Shown: positions 20,463 through 30,557, counted from the stretch's first letter. The stretch is DNA of 64,000 bases from Candidatus Dojkabacteria bacterium (GCA_025993875.1 JAMQHH010000001.1:2785-66784); one strand, 5' to 3'. Program-made: numbers and translations. Notes: generated by a model from the letters alone, not told the origin.

Positions 20463-21622
20463 CTAATCTCTGTGTTTAGAGCTTTTCGTTTTTTTTTAGG
20501 CTCCTTTTCGATTAGCGGAATTTGAGATTTATCTTCCAGATATTCTTCGTCGGGAGATTCAGTAAGGTATTTTGCTCTATATACAGCCAGAGTGGTGTGT
20601 AAAAACACCATTATTAATGGTCCATAAAGTATTCCTAAAATACCAAAGTAACTTATGCCTCCAAGTACAGATAAGATCGTAACCAGCGGATGTAAATTTA
20701 CAGTATCTTTCATGAGCCTTGGCCTAAAGGTTGTATCAATAACATTTATTATTATTGCGCTATAAACAATTAATCCGATCCCTAATACAACTTGTGCCGT
20801 GTTTCCTGTACTTGCACCGCTTAATATCATCGCTATTCCTACAGGTGCCCACACCAACCCCGATCCTACAGGTATTAAAGAAAGAACAACCATAATAATC
20901 CAAAGTAAAACAGGTGCTCCAATTTGCATAAAGATCATGGGAATTAAAACAGCTGTTGCCTGTAGTATTGCTACAACAAAGCTCCCTCTTATTACACCCT
21001 TTGTTGTTTCTTTAAATTTTCTAAATAAAAGTAGATCCAGTTTATCATCTAAAGGTGAAAGCTTAGAAAATTTTTCGGCAAGGGTTTCGTAATCGGGAAA
21101 GATAAATATTAAACAGATTATTAATACAAAAAGTGTAAATAATACACCTGTAAATTGTTGCACAATAGGTAGTAATTGGTCTCTAAGCCCTGCTATTAAG
21201 TTTATAAACAGATCTGCCAGATTAATATTTGTAAGTTCAATTCCTGCTTTAAAACTTCCTAAAAATTCGTTGATTTTAAAAATTCCTTCATTTATGGCAT
21301 TCTCCAGGCTCGAAATAATATCGAAAATGTTGTTGGACTGGGTTATATTTTGAATCTCGCTTATTGTTAGGATAATTAAGATTGATACTGGAATAATAAA
21401 AAATAGAAGAGTTATTATTATAGATAAAAGGGTAGAAAGTGACTTGCTTTTAGTTTTTCTTAAAAACCATTTGTAATACGGATGGAAAAGTTGAACAAGA
21501 ATAAGAGAAAAAATCAAAATATTTAAAAACGGAGAGATAATCTGAAAAGCCCCTGCTATTACCAAAAGCATTAAAAGCAAAAAGAACAGATATTTTATTT
21601 CCAGATTCTGCAGATATTTCAT
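20459..21622 (-). CDS. AI-2E family transporter-like membrane protein
   Basis: ~8 predicted TM helices. A conserved C-terminal block (GSFVVAILQATAVLIPMIFMQIGAPVLLWIIMVVLSLIPVGSGLVWAPVG) is typical of PerM/AI-2E permeases. Confidence 0.5.
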   Translation of the reverse strand: MKYLQNLEIKYLFFLLLMLLVIAGAFQIISPFLNILIFSLILVQLFHPYYKWFLRKTKSKSLSTLLSIIITLLFFIIPVSILIILTISEIQNITQSNNIFDIISSLENAINEGIFKINEFLGSFKAGIELTNINLADLFINLIAGLRDQLLPIVQQFTGVLFTLFVLIICLIFIFPDYETLAEKFSKLSPLDDKLDLLLFRKFKETTKGVIRGSFVVAILQATAVLIPMIFMQIGAPVLLWIIMVVLSLIPVGSGLVWAPVGIAMILSGASTGNTAQVVLGIGLIVYSAIIINVIDTTFRPRLMKDTVNLHPLVTILSVLGGISYFGILGILYGPLIMVFLHTTLAVYRAKYLTESPDEEYLEDKSQIPLIEKEPKKKRKALNTEIS

Positions 21623-21727
21623 ATCAAAATATTTTGTATTATGTATAGGATATCTTAAAAAAAGAAAACTATCAATTGTTATTGTGGATTAAAAGAATTA
21701 TTTGGTTTATAATACCCATGCATTTAT

Positions 21728-21799
21728 TCCGCCTTAGCTCAATGGTAGAGCAACCGGCTGTTAACCGGTTTGTTGCAGGTTCGAGCCCTGCAGGCGGAG
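21728..21799 (+). tRNA. tRNA-Asn (anticodon GUU)
   Basis: Cloverleaf folded by hand. Acceptor TCCGCCT/AGGCGGA, D-stem GCTC/GAGC, anticodon stem ACCGG/CCGGT with loop CTGTTAA, T-arm GCAGG-TTCGAGC-CCTGC. 72 nt with no encoded CCA. Confidence 0.85.
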
Positions 21800-21907
21800 A
21801 ACATAATACCCTTCGAAAAGCTACACCTGAGTAACTTTAATAGCTTAGTGTTTATAGTCTTTATAACATAGCCATACGCTAACCCAGTTTAAAGATATTG
21901 CACATTC

Positions 21908-23410
21908 CTATTCGTATCTTAACGCATCTAAAGCCGAAATCTTGCTTGCTCTTCTGCCCGGGTAAATTCCAGTTGTCATTCCTGTTAGTATTGCAATTAT
22001 ACAAATAAGGAGAAATAGCTCGCTATTTATGTATGTAACGTCAATAAATTCTTTTGAAGGTGATATATTCGAAATCAATCCGCTTGCTACTTTCCCCGCA
22101 AAATATCCTAGCGCCGTTCCGGCAATAGCGCCTATAAAACTCATTATCATAGATTCGGTTAAAAAAAGCCTTTTTACCTCTTTATTTTTCATACCTATTG
22201 CTTTCATTAAGCCTACTTCTTTTGTTTTTTCCAAAAGCGATACGGTTACAGTATTAAACATACCCAAAGTACCAACAAAAAGAGCCATTAACCCAAAAAT
22301 AAATGATACAGTTCTAACAATCGAAAAAATACTATCAATTTCCCCTAGAGTATCTAAAACCGAAGTTGTTGCGTATCCCATCGAAGCGATTTTTTCTCTG
22401 ATTTCTTTTACTGCCACCTCGTTCTCCACTTTAACCTTAAGCTGAGAATAATATGTTATTCCGATTGAACGTAGATCTACAAAGGGAACATAAAAAAACG
22501 GATTATCCTGTTCATCTACAATGCCCACTATCTTATATGTTTCCCACAACGATTCTATTTTAGAATTTTCATCTTCTAAAAGATTTGGAAGAACAACAAA
22601 CTTTGCCGATAATTCCTGGGTTTCAAAACTAGCCTCATCCAGCGCTAAAATTGCAGCCATAGCCTTATTGATTACCGCTTCTTTGGGTGTGGTTGAATTT
22701 ATTTTTAATTGTGTCAGTTCACTCTCGGGGTTTACTAAAAGTTCTTCCAACGTAACAGTTTCCAGCCCTTTAATCTCTTGGACCGGAAAAGGCATTGGTT
22801 CAACCGCGGTAAGGTTATTATCAAAAATTTTACCTGTAATTTTCCCGAGTTTTTTAGATGTTTCTTTTATTAAATCGCCCTGAACACCATAAGCCACTAC
22901 ATCAATTTCGGCATTTTTAAATTTTACTTTGCCCGCAACCGCAATAATCGGCATTACTTTTTCCACACCTTTTATCTCTTTTATACTTGAAATCGATTCA
23001 TCCGAAATCTTTTGCAGCCCTCCTGCCTGTGGATATATTTCTATAAGTGTTGTTTCTTGAACGGAGGAAATCCGATCAACAATAAGATTTTGCAAACCAA
23101 ATCCTATAGAAATTAAAAAAACAATGACAGCAAACGCAATACTTAAACCTGTAATAGTAACAAGAACCCGCGATTTTCTACTCGAAAGATTTTTAGCGCT
23201 TAAATTTATTAAATTTACCCAGGTAATTGTACCGTAACTTTTTCTACTTAAAAGATTTTCCCTAATACCCGAAATTTTCTCCCCTTTTTGTGGAGAAAAA
23301 AAGAATAGAGCAGATAAAGATATTGTAATTATAAAATAAATCAAAATAAGAAAAGAGAGGAGAATCGAGTCTATAAAGAAATAAATTGTATTAAATATGC
23401 TTCTGAACAT
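21908..23410 (-). CDS. ABC transporter permease, FtsX/MacB-like with large extracytoplasmic domain
   Basis: N-terminal TM helix, ~250-aa extracytoplasmic domain, and a C-terminal FtsX-type 3-TM bundle. Forms an operon with the ABC ATPase. Confidence 0.7.
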   Translation of the reverse strand: MFRSIFNTIYFFIDSILLSFLILIYFIITISLSALFFFSPQKGEKISGIRENLLSRKSYGTITWVNLINLSAKNLSSRKSRVLVTITGLSIAFAVIVFLISIGFGLQNLIVDRISSVQETTLIEIYPQAGGLQKISDESISSIKEIKGVEKVMPIIAVAGKVKFKNAEIDVVAYGVQGDLIKETSKKLGKITGKIFDNNLTAVEPMPFPVQEIKGLETVTLEELLVNPESELTQLKINSTTPKEAVINKAMAAILALDEASFETQELSAKFVVLPNLLEDENSKIESLWETYKIVGIVDEQDNPFFYVPFVDLRSIGITYYSQLKVKVENEVAVKEIREKIASMGYATTSVLDTLGEIDSIFSIVRTVSFIFGLMALFVGTLGMFNTVTVSLLEKTKEVGLMKAIGMKNKEVKRLFLTESMIMSFIGAIAGTALGYFAGKVASGLISNISPSKEFIDVTYINSELFLLICIIAILTGMTTGIYPGRRASKISALDALRYE

Positions 23411-23417
23411 TTTGGTT

Positions 23418-24164
23418 TTATTTTAGTAATATCTTTTTTATTCCACCCTTTTTTAAAGTGTCTATAAGCTGGTCTCTTTGCTCACCTTTAAATATCCCGC
23501 TAATTCTTCCGTTAAACATTTTTATAACGGTGCTTGCGTAAGTTAAATACTCTAGATCGTGAGTTACCATAACAACTGTTTGTCCTTTTTTGTTTAGTTC
23601 TTTTAAATGCTCCATTAGTTTTTCGCCCGATAAAAAATCCATATTTCCTGTTGGTTCATCTGCAACTAATATTTGCGGTGAATTAACTAAAGCTCTTCCC
23701 AATGCAATAATTTGCTGTTGCCCCGAACTTAATTCTACCGGTAAATAATCTTTCCAGTTAGTCATACCTACCGCTTTTAACTGAGTTTCGGCAAGTATCT
23801 TTCCTTCCTTTAACGGCTTACCTAACAAAAGTGTGGGGAAAGCTACATTTTCTAAAACCGATACGGCTTTTATCCAGGACGGCTGCTGGTATACCATGCC
23901 AATATATTCTTTTCTTAAAAGTGATCTTTCATCGTCGGAAAGATCATTCCAAACATCGTGTCCCATAATTTTTACTACTCCTTTAGTAGGTTTTTCAAGA
24001 CCCAAGATCGAATGCAATAATGTGGACTTCCCACACCCCGAAGGACCATAAATAATAACAAATTCCCCCCTTTCTATTGTAAATGAGATATCAAAAAGTA
24101 CACCTATCTCCTGTGTAGGTGTTAAAAATGATTTCGATATGTTTTTTACTTCAATAATATTCAT
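23418..24164 (-). CDS. ABC transporter ATP-binding protein (MacB/LolD-type)
   Basis: Walker A GPSGCGKST, signature LSGGQQQ, Walker B ILVADEPTGN, H-loop. Confidence 0.9.
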   Translation of the reverse strand: MNIIEVKNISKSFLTPTQEIGVLFDISFTIERGEFVIIYGPSGCGKSTLLHSILGLEKPTKGVVKIMGHDVWNDLSDDERSLLRKEYIGMVYQQPSWIKAVSVLENVAFPTLLLGKPLKEGKILAETQLKAVGMTNWKDYLPVELSSGQQQIIALGRALVNSPQILVADEPTGNMDFLSGEKLMEHLKELNKKGQTVVMVTHDLEYLTYASTVIKMFNGRISGIFKGEQRDQLIDTLKKGGIKKILLK

Positions 24165-24201
24165 CTATGACAACAATATTTAGATTTTTCATTAAAAATT
24201 T

Positions 24202-25332
24202 TTACCTAATTCCTGATCCTACAGCATCAGAAATATTTTTAAACCCATCTATTTTAAGGAAATTCGATATCCCATAATTAATTTCCGATACAAGAGTTGG
24301 CCCTTCAAAAATTACTCCAGTTACAACCTGAACTAAAGATGCTCCTAGTTTGATTTTCTTGTATGCATCTTCTGCCGAAAAAATTCCCCCCACGCCTATC
24401 ACTATCAGTTTATCACCAAAATTTTTATAGGTATATTTTATTAGTTCATCGGAGAGTTTTTGTGTGGGTTTTCCACTTATAAAACCTTTTATATGGTTTG
24501 GAATTGTATCGTGTATTAGCAGTGGATCGCGTACTTTTGTAAGGTTCCCTATTACAACACCTGTAACTTTATGCTGAACAATAATTTTTAAAAGAGCATC
24601 TAATTCTAAAACAGAAAGGTTTATTGGCATTTTTATAAAAACCGGTTTGGAAACATTTTGTTTATCAAGTTCCACAAGAAGGCTTTTTAATAGTTGAGGG
24701 TTTGTAAAAGGCTCTCCACCAAAAGTATTTGGACAGGAGATATTAATAGTTAAAAACTGTACTTTTTTATTAGGTGCGAGTATCTTTACACTTTCTAGAT
24801 AATCAAAAACTCCTCCGGCTTCCGAAACGGTTTTTACCGAGTTCGTTTTTCCTATAGATGCTCCAATAACAAACTTTTTACTTCTATGCTTTAAAAGTCT
24901 TTTCGAAATTACATTAACGCCATTGTTTTTTAATCCGTAATTTACAACAATACCCCGGCTTTTTTTTAGCCTAAAAAGTCTAGGTGGAACATTTCCTTTA
25001 TAAGGCTCAAAAGTTATTGATCCAATCTCGGCAAAAGAAAATCCTACTTTATCTAAAATATTTATTAAATTTCCTTCTTTGTCGTATCCTGCACCAAGCC
25101 CTACCGGGTTTTTAAATGTTAGACCTGCTATTTGTTGCTTAAGATGTGGGTTTTGAAAATTAAACAGAAAGCCGGTTAAACTTCTTGTTAAAAAATTTGT
25201 GCCTAAAAATCTTCCCACAAACAAAAAGCAATTATGAACATATTCGGGAGGAAAAGAAAACAGCACAGGTCTTAAGATCAATTTATAAATTTTTTTTATT
25301 ATTCGGGATTTTAGTGAAATTAGGGTGTTCAT
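24202..25332 (-). CDS. pyrD: dihydroorotate dehydrogenase (membrane-associated type 2-like)
   Basis: GLGAGYDKEGN, NISCPNT and the C-terminal FMN-binding GVGGIFSAEDAYKKIKLGASLVQVVTG. N-terminal hydrophobic extension. Confidence 0.85.
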   Translation of the reverse strand: MNTLISLKSRIIKKIYKLILRPVLFSFPPEYVHNCFLFVGRFLGTNFLTRSLTGFLFNFQNPHLKQQIAGLTFKNPVGLGAGYDKEGNLINILDKVGFSFAEIGSITFEPYKGNVPPRLFRLKKSRGIVVNYGLKNNGVNVISKRLLKHRSKKFVIGASIGKTNSVKTVSEAGGVFDYLESVKILAPNKKVQFLTINISCPNTFGGEPFTNPQLLKSLLVELDKQNVSKPVFIKMPINLSVLELDALLKIIVQHKVTGVVIGNLTKVRDPLLIHDTIPNHIKGFISGKPTQKLSDELIKYTYKNFGDKLIVIGVGGIFSAEDAYKKIKLGASLVQVVTGVIFEGPTLVSEINYGISNFLKIDGFKNISDAVGSGIR

Positions 25333-25363
25333 TGTTATAATTTTTTAATTAATAAAAAATAAT

Positions 25364-25762
25364 ATGTCTAATATAACGATACCTCTATTTTTTGAATCTG
25401 TAAAAGCCGGCTTTCCTTCTCCTGCAGACAATTATTCCGAAAAAGTGCTGGATTTACACTCCTTTATGGTAAATCGGCCCGAAGCTACCTTTTTTTTACG
25501 GGTAGGGGGCTTTTCCATGAAAAACGCAGGAATTTTCCCGGGCGATATTATTGTGGTAGATAGATCTATCGAGGTTAAAGACAATTTCATAATTGTAGCT
25601 GCTTTAAACGGCGATCTAACGGTTAAGAGGCTTAAGATATTAAAGAATAAAAAGGTTAAATTGGTTCCCGAAAATCCCGAATACAAGGAGATAAATATAT
25701 CCGAAAGCGACGAATTCGTTATCTGGGGAGTAGTTACAGGTGTTGTAAGAAAAATTATTTAA
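25364..25762 (+). CDS. umuD: UmuD-like S24 peptidase (LexA C-terminal-domain homolog)
   Basis: Ser-Lys dyad context FFLRVGGFSMKNAGI and LTVKRLK. 132 aa with no DNA-binding domain. Immediately upstream of the umuC-like gene. Confidence 0.75.
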   Translation: MSNITIPLFFESVKAGFPSPADNYSEKVLDLHSFMVNRPEATFFLRVGGFSMKNAGIFPGDIIVVDRSIEVKDNFIIVAALNGDLTVKRLKILKNKKVKLVPENPEYKEINISESDEFVIWGVVTGVVRKII

Positions 25763-25774
25763 TAAATTCAGAAT

Positions 25775-27040
25775 ATGAGTCTAAAGTTATTTGCTTTAAT
25801 TGACTGCAACAATTTTTTTGTTTCCTGCGAAAGAATTTTTAGACCCGATTTAAATTTAAGACCAGTTATTGTACTTTCCAATAACGACGGTTGTGTTGTT
25901 TCGAGATCCAACGAAGCCAAGACGCTCGGAATTCCAATGGGAATACCTTTGTTTGATTGTAAAGATATAGTAGAAAGATTTAACATAACTGTTTTTTCGA
26001 GTAATTTTGCACTCTATGGGGATATTTCTGCCCGAGTTATGAAAATTTTAAGTTACTTTGCGGAAGATATTGAAATTTATTCGATAGACGAAGCATTTTT
26101 ATCTCTGGAAAAAACTCTAATGGAAGATCCGCTGGTTTATGCAAAAAAAATTAAAGAGACAATTTTAAAATATACAGGAGTTCCGGTTTCGATAGGGCTT
26201 GGGCGTACTAAAACTTTAGCCAAAGCAGCAAGTAAGATAGCCAAAAAACAAACAGACGGAACCTTTTTTATTACCGAAGAAAATAAAAAAAATTATCTTT
26301 CTAAGTTTTCGGCAATAGATATTTGGGGAATAGGGTATAAAAGCAGTAACAAATTAAAGCAGATTGGAATTTTTACTGCAGCAGATTTTTTGAACGCAGA
26401 AAAAAACATAATAAAAAAGATTATGGGCGTAACTGGAGAAAGAATCTGGCTGGAAATTAGTGGAATCTCTTCCATCCCCATCTCTTTCCAGCAAAAAACT
26501 AAGCACGGCATATTAAATTCAAGAAGTTTCGGAACTCCCGTAACTTCATTTGCCGAACTTTCGGAGGCTGTTTCCCTTTTTACCGAAAATGCAGCAGTTT
26601 CGTTACGAAAAGAAAATGCAGCAGCATCTGTAGTTGGGGTATTTGTAAGATCTTCGAAACATTCTCCCGAGCAGTATAAAAATTTTTCCTATTGTACTTT
26701 AAGTTCACCTACATTTTTTACGCCTCACTTAATTGGTGCTGCAATAACAACATTAAAACAGATTTATAAACCCAGAATTAAATATAAAAAATGCGGAGTT
26801 TTTTTTACCGGAATAGCTCCAAAAGGAGAGGAGCAGATTGGAATATTTTCCTCAGATCAAATCAGTTCAGAATATGAAAAACATAAAAATTTAATGGACT
26901 CTATCGATAAAATTAATATGAAAACCGGTAATAGAATTTTTTTTGCGGCACAGGGAGTAAAAAAAAGATGGAAGCCAAATAGAAAAAATTTGTCTCCGCT
27001 TTATACAACAAACTGGGAGGAAATTCCTGTTATAAGTTAG
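25775..27040 (+). CDS. umuC: Y-family translesion DNA polymerase, UmuC-like
   Basis: N-terminus FALIDCNNFFVSCERIFRPDLNLRPVIVLSNNDGCVVSRSNEAKTLGIPMG is close to the E. coli UmuC N-terminus. Confidence 0.85.
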   Translation: MSLKLFALIDCNNFFVSCERIFRPDLNLRPVIVLSNNDGCVVSRSNEAKTLGIPMGIPLFDCKDIVERFNITVFSSNFALYGDISARVMKILSYFAEDIEIYSIDEAFLSLEKTLMEDPLVYAKKIKETILKYTGVPVSIGLGRTKTLAKAASKIAKKQTDGTFFITEENKKNYLSKFSAIDIWGIGYKSSNKLKQIGIFTAADFLNAEKNIIKKIMGVTGERIWLEISGISSIPISFQQKTKHGILNSRSFGTPVTSFAELSEAVSLFTENAAVSLRKENAAASVVGVFVRSSKHSPEQYKNFSYCTLSSPTFFTPHLIGAAITTLKQIYKPRIKYKKCGVFFTGIAPKGEEQIGIFSSDQISSEYEKHKNLMDSIDKINMKTGNRIFFAAQGVKKRWKPNRKNLSPLYTTNWEEIPVIS

Positions 27041-27426
27041 TTATGTTTGGAGCTTCTTTTACTTTTAAACCGCCTATTGTCAATTAAAAGAAAAATTATA
27101 ACGATTGAGCCTATTCCGATAAAAATTATCCCTGCAATAAAAAAAAGTCCGGGCTGGTTATTTAAATCTATCTCTAAAGTAATTTGAGGAAAATATCCCT
27201 TTTCAATCGATGTGTTTATGCCTGCAACTTTTCCGCCCGAAGGAGCTTTAGAACTCTCAATTAAAATCACAGGAGCTATAAAAAAAAGTCCGACAAAAAG
27301 AATTAGCGCCATAACTTTGGCCGGCGAAAGTTCAAAGCTCTGTTTAACATTGGATACTTTATGCAGCCTAGAATATTTCATACTAACAATATACAACAGA
27401 AGCATGTTTCTTTCAAAAATTTGCAA
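27037..27426 (-). CDS. small membrane protein, hypothetical
   Basis: ORF with two hydrophobic helices and a basic C-terminus. Confidence 0.35.
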   Translation of the reverse strand: MQIFERNMLLLYIVSMKYSRLHKVSNVKQSFELSPAKVMALILFVGLFFIAPVILIESSKAPSGGKVAGINTSIEKGYFPQITLEIDLNNQPGLFFIAGIIFIGIGSIVIIFLLIDNRRFKSKRSSKHN

Positions 27427-27434
27427 ACAAACTT

Positions 27435-28643
27435 TTACATATAAAGATCTAGTTTTTGGTTATGCTCATAGTAGGTTACCGAATAGTGGGTATTACCGGA
27501 GCTATCGTGAAAGAAAAAATAGTAATCAGTTTGCTTTGGATAAAAAGCAACTTTAATTGATGCAATGCCCGGATTATTTATTGGACCGGGCGGAAGTCCG
27601 GTATATTTATAGGTGTTAAAAGGCGAATCTATTTGAGTGTCGGCAATTTCTACTCCAGGGTCGTTTTTTCCTGTTATATAGTTTATTGTTGCATCAGATT
27701 GCAATAGATAGCTATCGGTTAACCTATTATGTAAAACTCCCGAAATAAGTTCTTTATCGTCTGTCCCACTGGCTTCTTTTTCTACAATGGAGCCTAAAAT
27801 TATAGCCTGATATATGTTTTGCACATTATTTTGCGAAAGGTTTAGCGATTCCAGGTTAATCTCCTGGCCTAATTTTAGGGAAAAATTTTGAACCATTTTT
27901 TCAACTATCTCTTTAGTGGTTAGGTTGGCGTTTAAAAAGTAAGTGTCGGGAAATAAAAATCCTTCCAAAGATGCTTTAACAGGTTTATGCCTTTGCAAAA
28001 ATTCTTTGACTTCTCCCGAAAAATCTACATTATCCGGATTAGAAGTAATAGAATTAAATTCTGTAATCGAAAATTTACTTTCTGAAGGAAGGGCATTTTT
28101 TATAACATCTCCTATTTGAGAGATTCTAAGACCCTCTTTTATTGTTAGCTTAGTATCAGGAGAAGATACTCCCTTTTCTAACATTTCAATAAGTTCAATC
28201 GCATTAACGTTTTCAGAAATAGTATATTGTCCAAACTTAATATTGGGAGAGATGTTGTTAAGTCTGAGGTAAATTCTAAAAGCCTCTTCATTTTTTATTA
28301 AACCGCTTTGCATTAAAGATGGAATAATCGAGATAAGCGTCTCACCTTCTAAAACCTCTATCTGGATTGATTTTCCATGCAAATCGACTTTAGTATAAAT
28401 AGAATCGTTATAGAAATTCCAAAGAAAGATTCCAGCTCCAAACACAACAAATAGCACAAGTAATATTACGGTAAAACACCCGCCAATTCGCTTTTTCTTT
28501 TTTTTATCGTTGACTTTAGACACTCCAAACACGTCTTTTTTAAATAACTTTGGCTTCTCCATTTTTATAATCCAAATATTCTTGTAAAATAATTCTTGCC
28601 GATTCGCTATCAATATCTTTAGTAACTTTTTGTTGTTTAGCAA
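27435..28643 (-). CDS. mltG: endolytic murein transglycosylase MltG/YceG-like
   Basis: N-terminal TM anchor. YceG-type blocks (IKEGLRISQIGDVI; AIILGSIVEKEASG; C-terminal YYFFFHDSSGNTHYS...YEHN). The start may be the internal ATG at ~28562. Confidence 0.7.
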   Translation of the reverse strand: MLNNKKLLKILIANRQELFYKNIWIIKMEKPKLFKKDVFGVSKVNDKKKKKRIGGCFTVILLVLFVVFGAGIFLWNFYNDSIYTKVDLHGKSIQIEVLEGETLISIIPSLMQSGLIKNEEAFRIYLRLNNISPNIKFGQYTISENVNAIELIEMLEKGVSSPDTKLTIKEGLRISQIGDVIKNALPSESKFSITEFNSITSNPDNVDFSGEVKEFLQRHKPVKASLEGFLFPDTYFLNANLTTKEIVEKMVQNFSLKLGQEINLESLNLSQNNVQNIYQAIILGSIVEKEASGTDDKELISGVLHNRLTDSYLLQSDATINYITGKNDPGVEIADTQIDSPFNTYKYTGLPPGPINNPGIASIKVAFYPKQTDYYFFFHDSSGNTHYSVTYYEHNQKLDLYM

Positions 28644-28938
28644 TGTTCGAAGACATTATCTCGTTCCAGTATTTTACAGGTAAATTGCTAATGAGGGCAA
28701 TTTTTTCCCCAACTGTCCTTATTTTTTTACTCATCTGAGTCTCCTTATCGTCTAGACCAAGTGGCTCGCCAACTATAACTTCTTTTGGCTTAAGCTTTTT
28801 TAAAAGAGAAACTATTAGTCCCAGCATCTCTTGTTTGTGGCGTAATTTTAATGCCTTATGCCTAAAAGCAATCTGCTCGCCGTCGTCCGAGATGGCTACT
28901 CCTGTTCTTTTTTCTCCATAATCAAGGGCAATTATCAT
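28540..28938 (-). CDS. ruvX: Holliday-junction resolvase-like nuclease RuvX/YqgF
   Basis: MIIALDYGEKRTGVAISD catalytic N-terminus. ~130 aa. Confidence 0.85.
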   Translation of the reverse strand: MIIALDYGEKRTGVAISDDGEQIAFRHKALKLRHKQEMLGLIVSLLKKLKPKEVIVGEPLGLDDKETQMSKKIRTVGEKIALISNLPVKYWNEIMSSNIAKQQKVTKDIDSESARIILQEYLDYKNGEAKVI

Positions 28939-29035
28939 AATTTCTGACTAAATAATTTATACCTATAAAAATAACAGAGAAGTTCTTGTTTTGCAAAGAG
29001 ATCTGATATAATAACGAGCCCCATCTTTATTTACC

Positions 29036-29713
29036 ATGAATCATTTTATAAATTTTATCTTTCCCAAAACTTGTGTAGTTTGTGCTAGGAAGGGAGAATA
29101 TCTATGTTCCATCTGCCTAAAAAAATATACCCGTCCAAATATGGTTACAATCTGCAGTGTTTGTGGCCGAGAGAGCAGGATAGGTTTTAATCATAAAGAA
29201 TGTAATAACCTAACATTTCTTGATGGCCATATCTATGCTTTTGCTTACGAGGGAATAATAAAATCGTTAATAATGGATGTTAAGTTTAAATATCAATTCG
29301 CAGTTATCGAGACTTTTTCAAAAATTTTGTCGGATTACCTCACTTTTTACAGATTTGATGATAGCTGGACAATTTCTTTTGTGCCAATGAGCGGTAAAAG
29401 GTTTTTGGAAAGAGGTTTTAACCAGGGAGAACTGCTGGCAAAACAGATTGCCAATTTACAGCTAAAAAAATGCTGTGGTTTTTTAAAAAAAATCAATAGA
29501 ACTCACAGCCAGGTAGGACTTGGCGGAAACGATCGAAGACTTAATCTACTAAATGCGTTTATTGCAAAACCTAAAATGCATATTCCCGAAAATATAATAT
29601 TAGTGGACGATGTGTTTACAACAGGAACAACGTTAAACGAATGTGCAAAAGTATTAAAAGAAAATGGGGCAAAAAAGGTAGTAGGACTAACTATTGCAAG
29701 GTCGATCAAATGA
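29036..29713 (+). CDS. comF: competence protein ComF (PRTase-domain)
   Basis: N-terminal Cys4 zinc ribbon (CVVCARKGEYLCSICL...CSVCG) and C-terminal phosphoribosyltransferase motif ILVDDVFTTGTTL. Confidence 0.8.
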   Translation: MNHFINFIFPKTCVVCARKGEYLCSICLKKYTRPNMVTICSVCGRESRIGFNHKECNNLTFLDGHIYAFAYEGIIKSLIMDVKFKYQFAVIETFSKILSDYLTFYRFDDSWTISFVPMSGKRFLERGFNQGELLAKQIANLQLKKCCGFLKKINRTHSQVGLGGNDRRLNLLNAFIAKPKMHIPENIILVDDVFTTGTTLNECAKVLKENGAKKVVGLTIARSIK

Positions 29714-29965
29714 TAGGCTAAAATTGCAACTCCCAGGTGTCTCTAAAGATGGTAATAATTAGCCTCTAACAGGGAAAATTGAAATTGAGGCACTTCCGAA
29801 AGTGTTGTACAGAGGGGATGTTATTCTCCTCGAAGATGCAAAAGAACAGATAATTCCGATTTAGGCAGTTTCTTTGGAACCACTTGTGGACGTCTGGATT
29901 AGATCCTTAAAAAAATAAATCACAGATAATTAATATGGTTTAAATCGAGATCTACTCTTTACAAT

Positions 29966-29995
29966 TTACCAAAATCAGCTCTTCTGTGCTATAAT
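29966..29995 (+). promoter_or_regulatory. candidate sigma-70 promoter for ssrA (extended -10 TGcTATAAT; -35 TTACCA, 18-nt spacer)
   Basis: TGCTATAAT at 29987-29995, about 45 nt upstream of the tmRNA 5' end, consistent with a processed precursor. Confidence 0.35.
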
Positions 29996-30040
29996 TTCTT
30001 AGCGGCAAAACCTTCCCGGTAAGCCAAAATAAGGTTTTCC

Positions 30041-30475
30041 GGGGATGTTTTTCGACGGTTTCCAATTGCTCTTTAAAACAAGCCGGGAATTTAATTGCTT
30101 GTCCCGTAAAAATAAGTAATTACTTTGACTAAACGTCAATCCAATTACCAAGGTATTTAACAGCGCAGTTAATGCTGTTGCAAATTTATTTGCAAAACCA
30201 GCTTTAGCTTTTGCTTAAGTTAAATGCTGCAGCCCGAAAAAAAAGTAGAGCTGCCGTTGTATAACTTTTTTCTCTGCGAAGGTTTTACGGCGAAATATAG
30301 CAGAGGTGCTTTATCTAATTTTTAATTTCTTTTATTTAGGTAAAAAAGACTATAAAGGAAACAAGATAGAGTTTTTGTAGATTTTTATTCTACCTTGTAA
30401 ATAAATCTAATAAGCTTGTAATAATTTTATCGGCAAAAGTTTTCCGGACATCCCGTATAGGGATCATCTCCACCA
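30041..30475 (+). ncRNA. ssrA: tmRNA (SsrA), one-piece
   Basis: 5' GGGGATGTTTTTCGACGG resembles the E. coli tmRNA 5' end GGGGCUGAUUCUGGAUUCGACGG. The 3' ...CATCTCCACCA pairs with the 5' end to give a 7-bp acceptor stem with encoded CCA. The internal frame GCA AAT TTA TTT GCA AAA CCA GCT TTA GCT TTT GCT TAA (ANLFAKPALAFA*) looks like a degradation tag. Confidence 0.75.
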
Positions 30476-30557
30476 AAAGACTCCACATATGTGGGGTTTT
30501 TTGTTTATACTTTAATCGTTGTGGGATTTTATATAAAAATTTGTTAATATAAACCCT

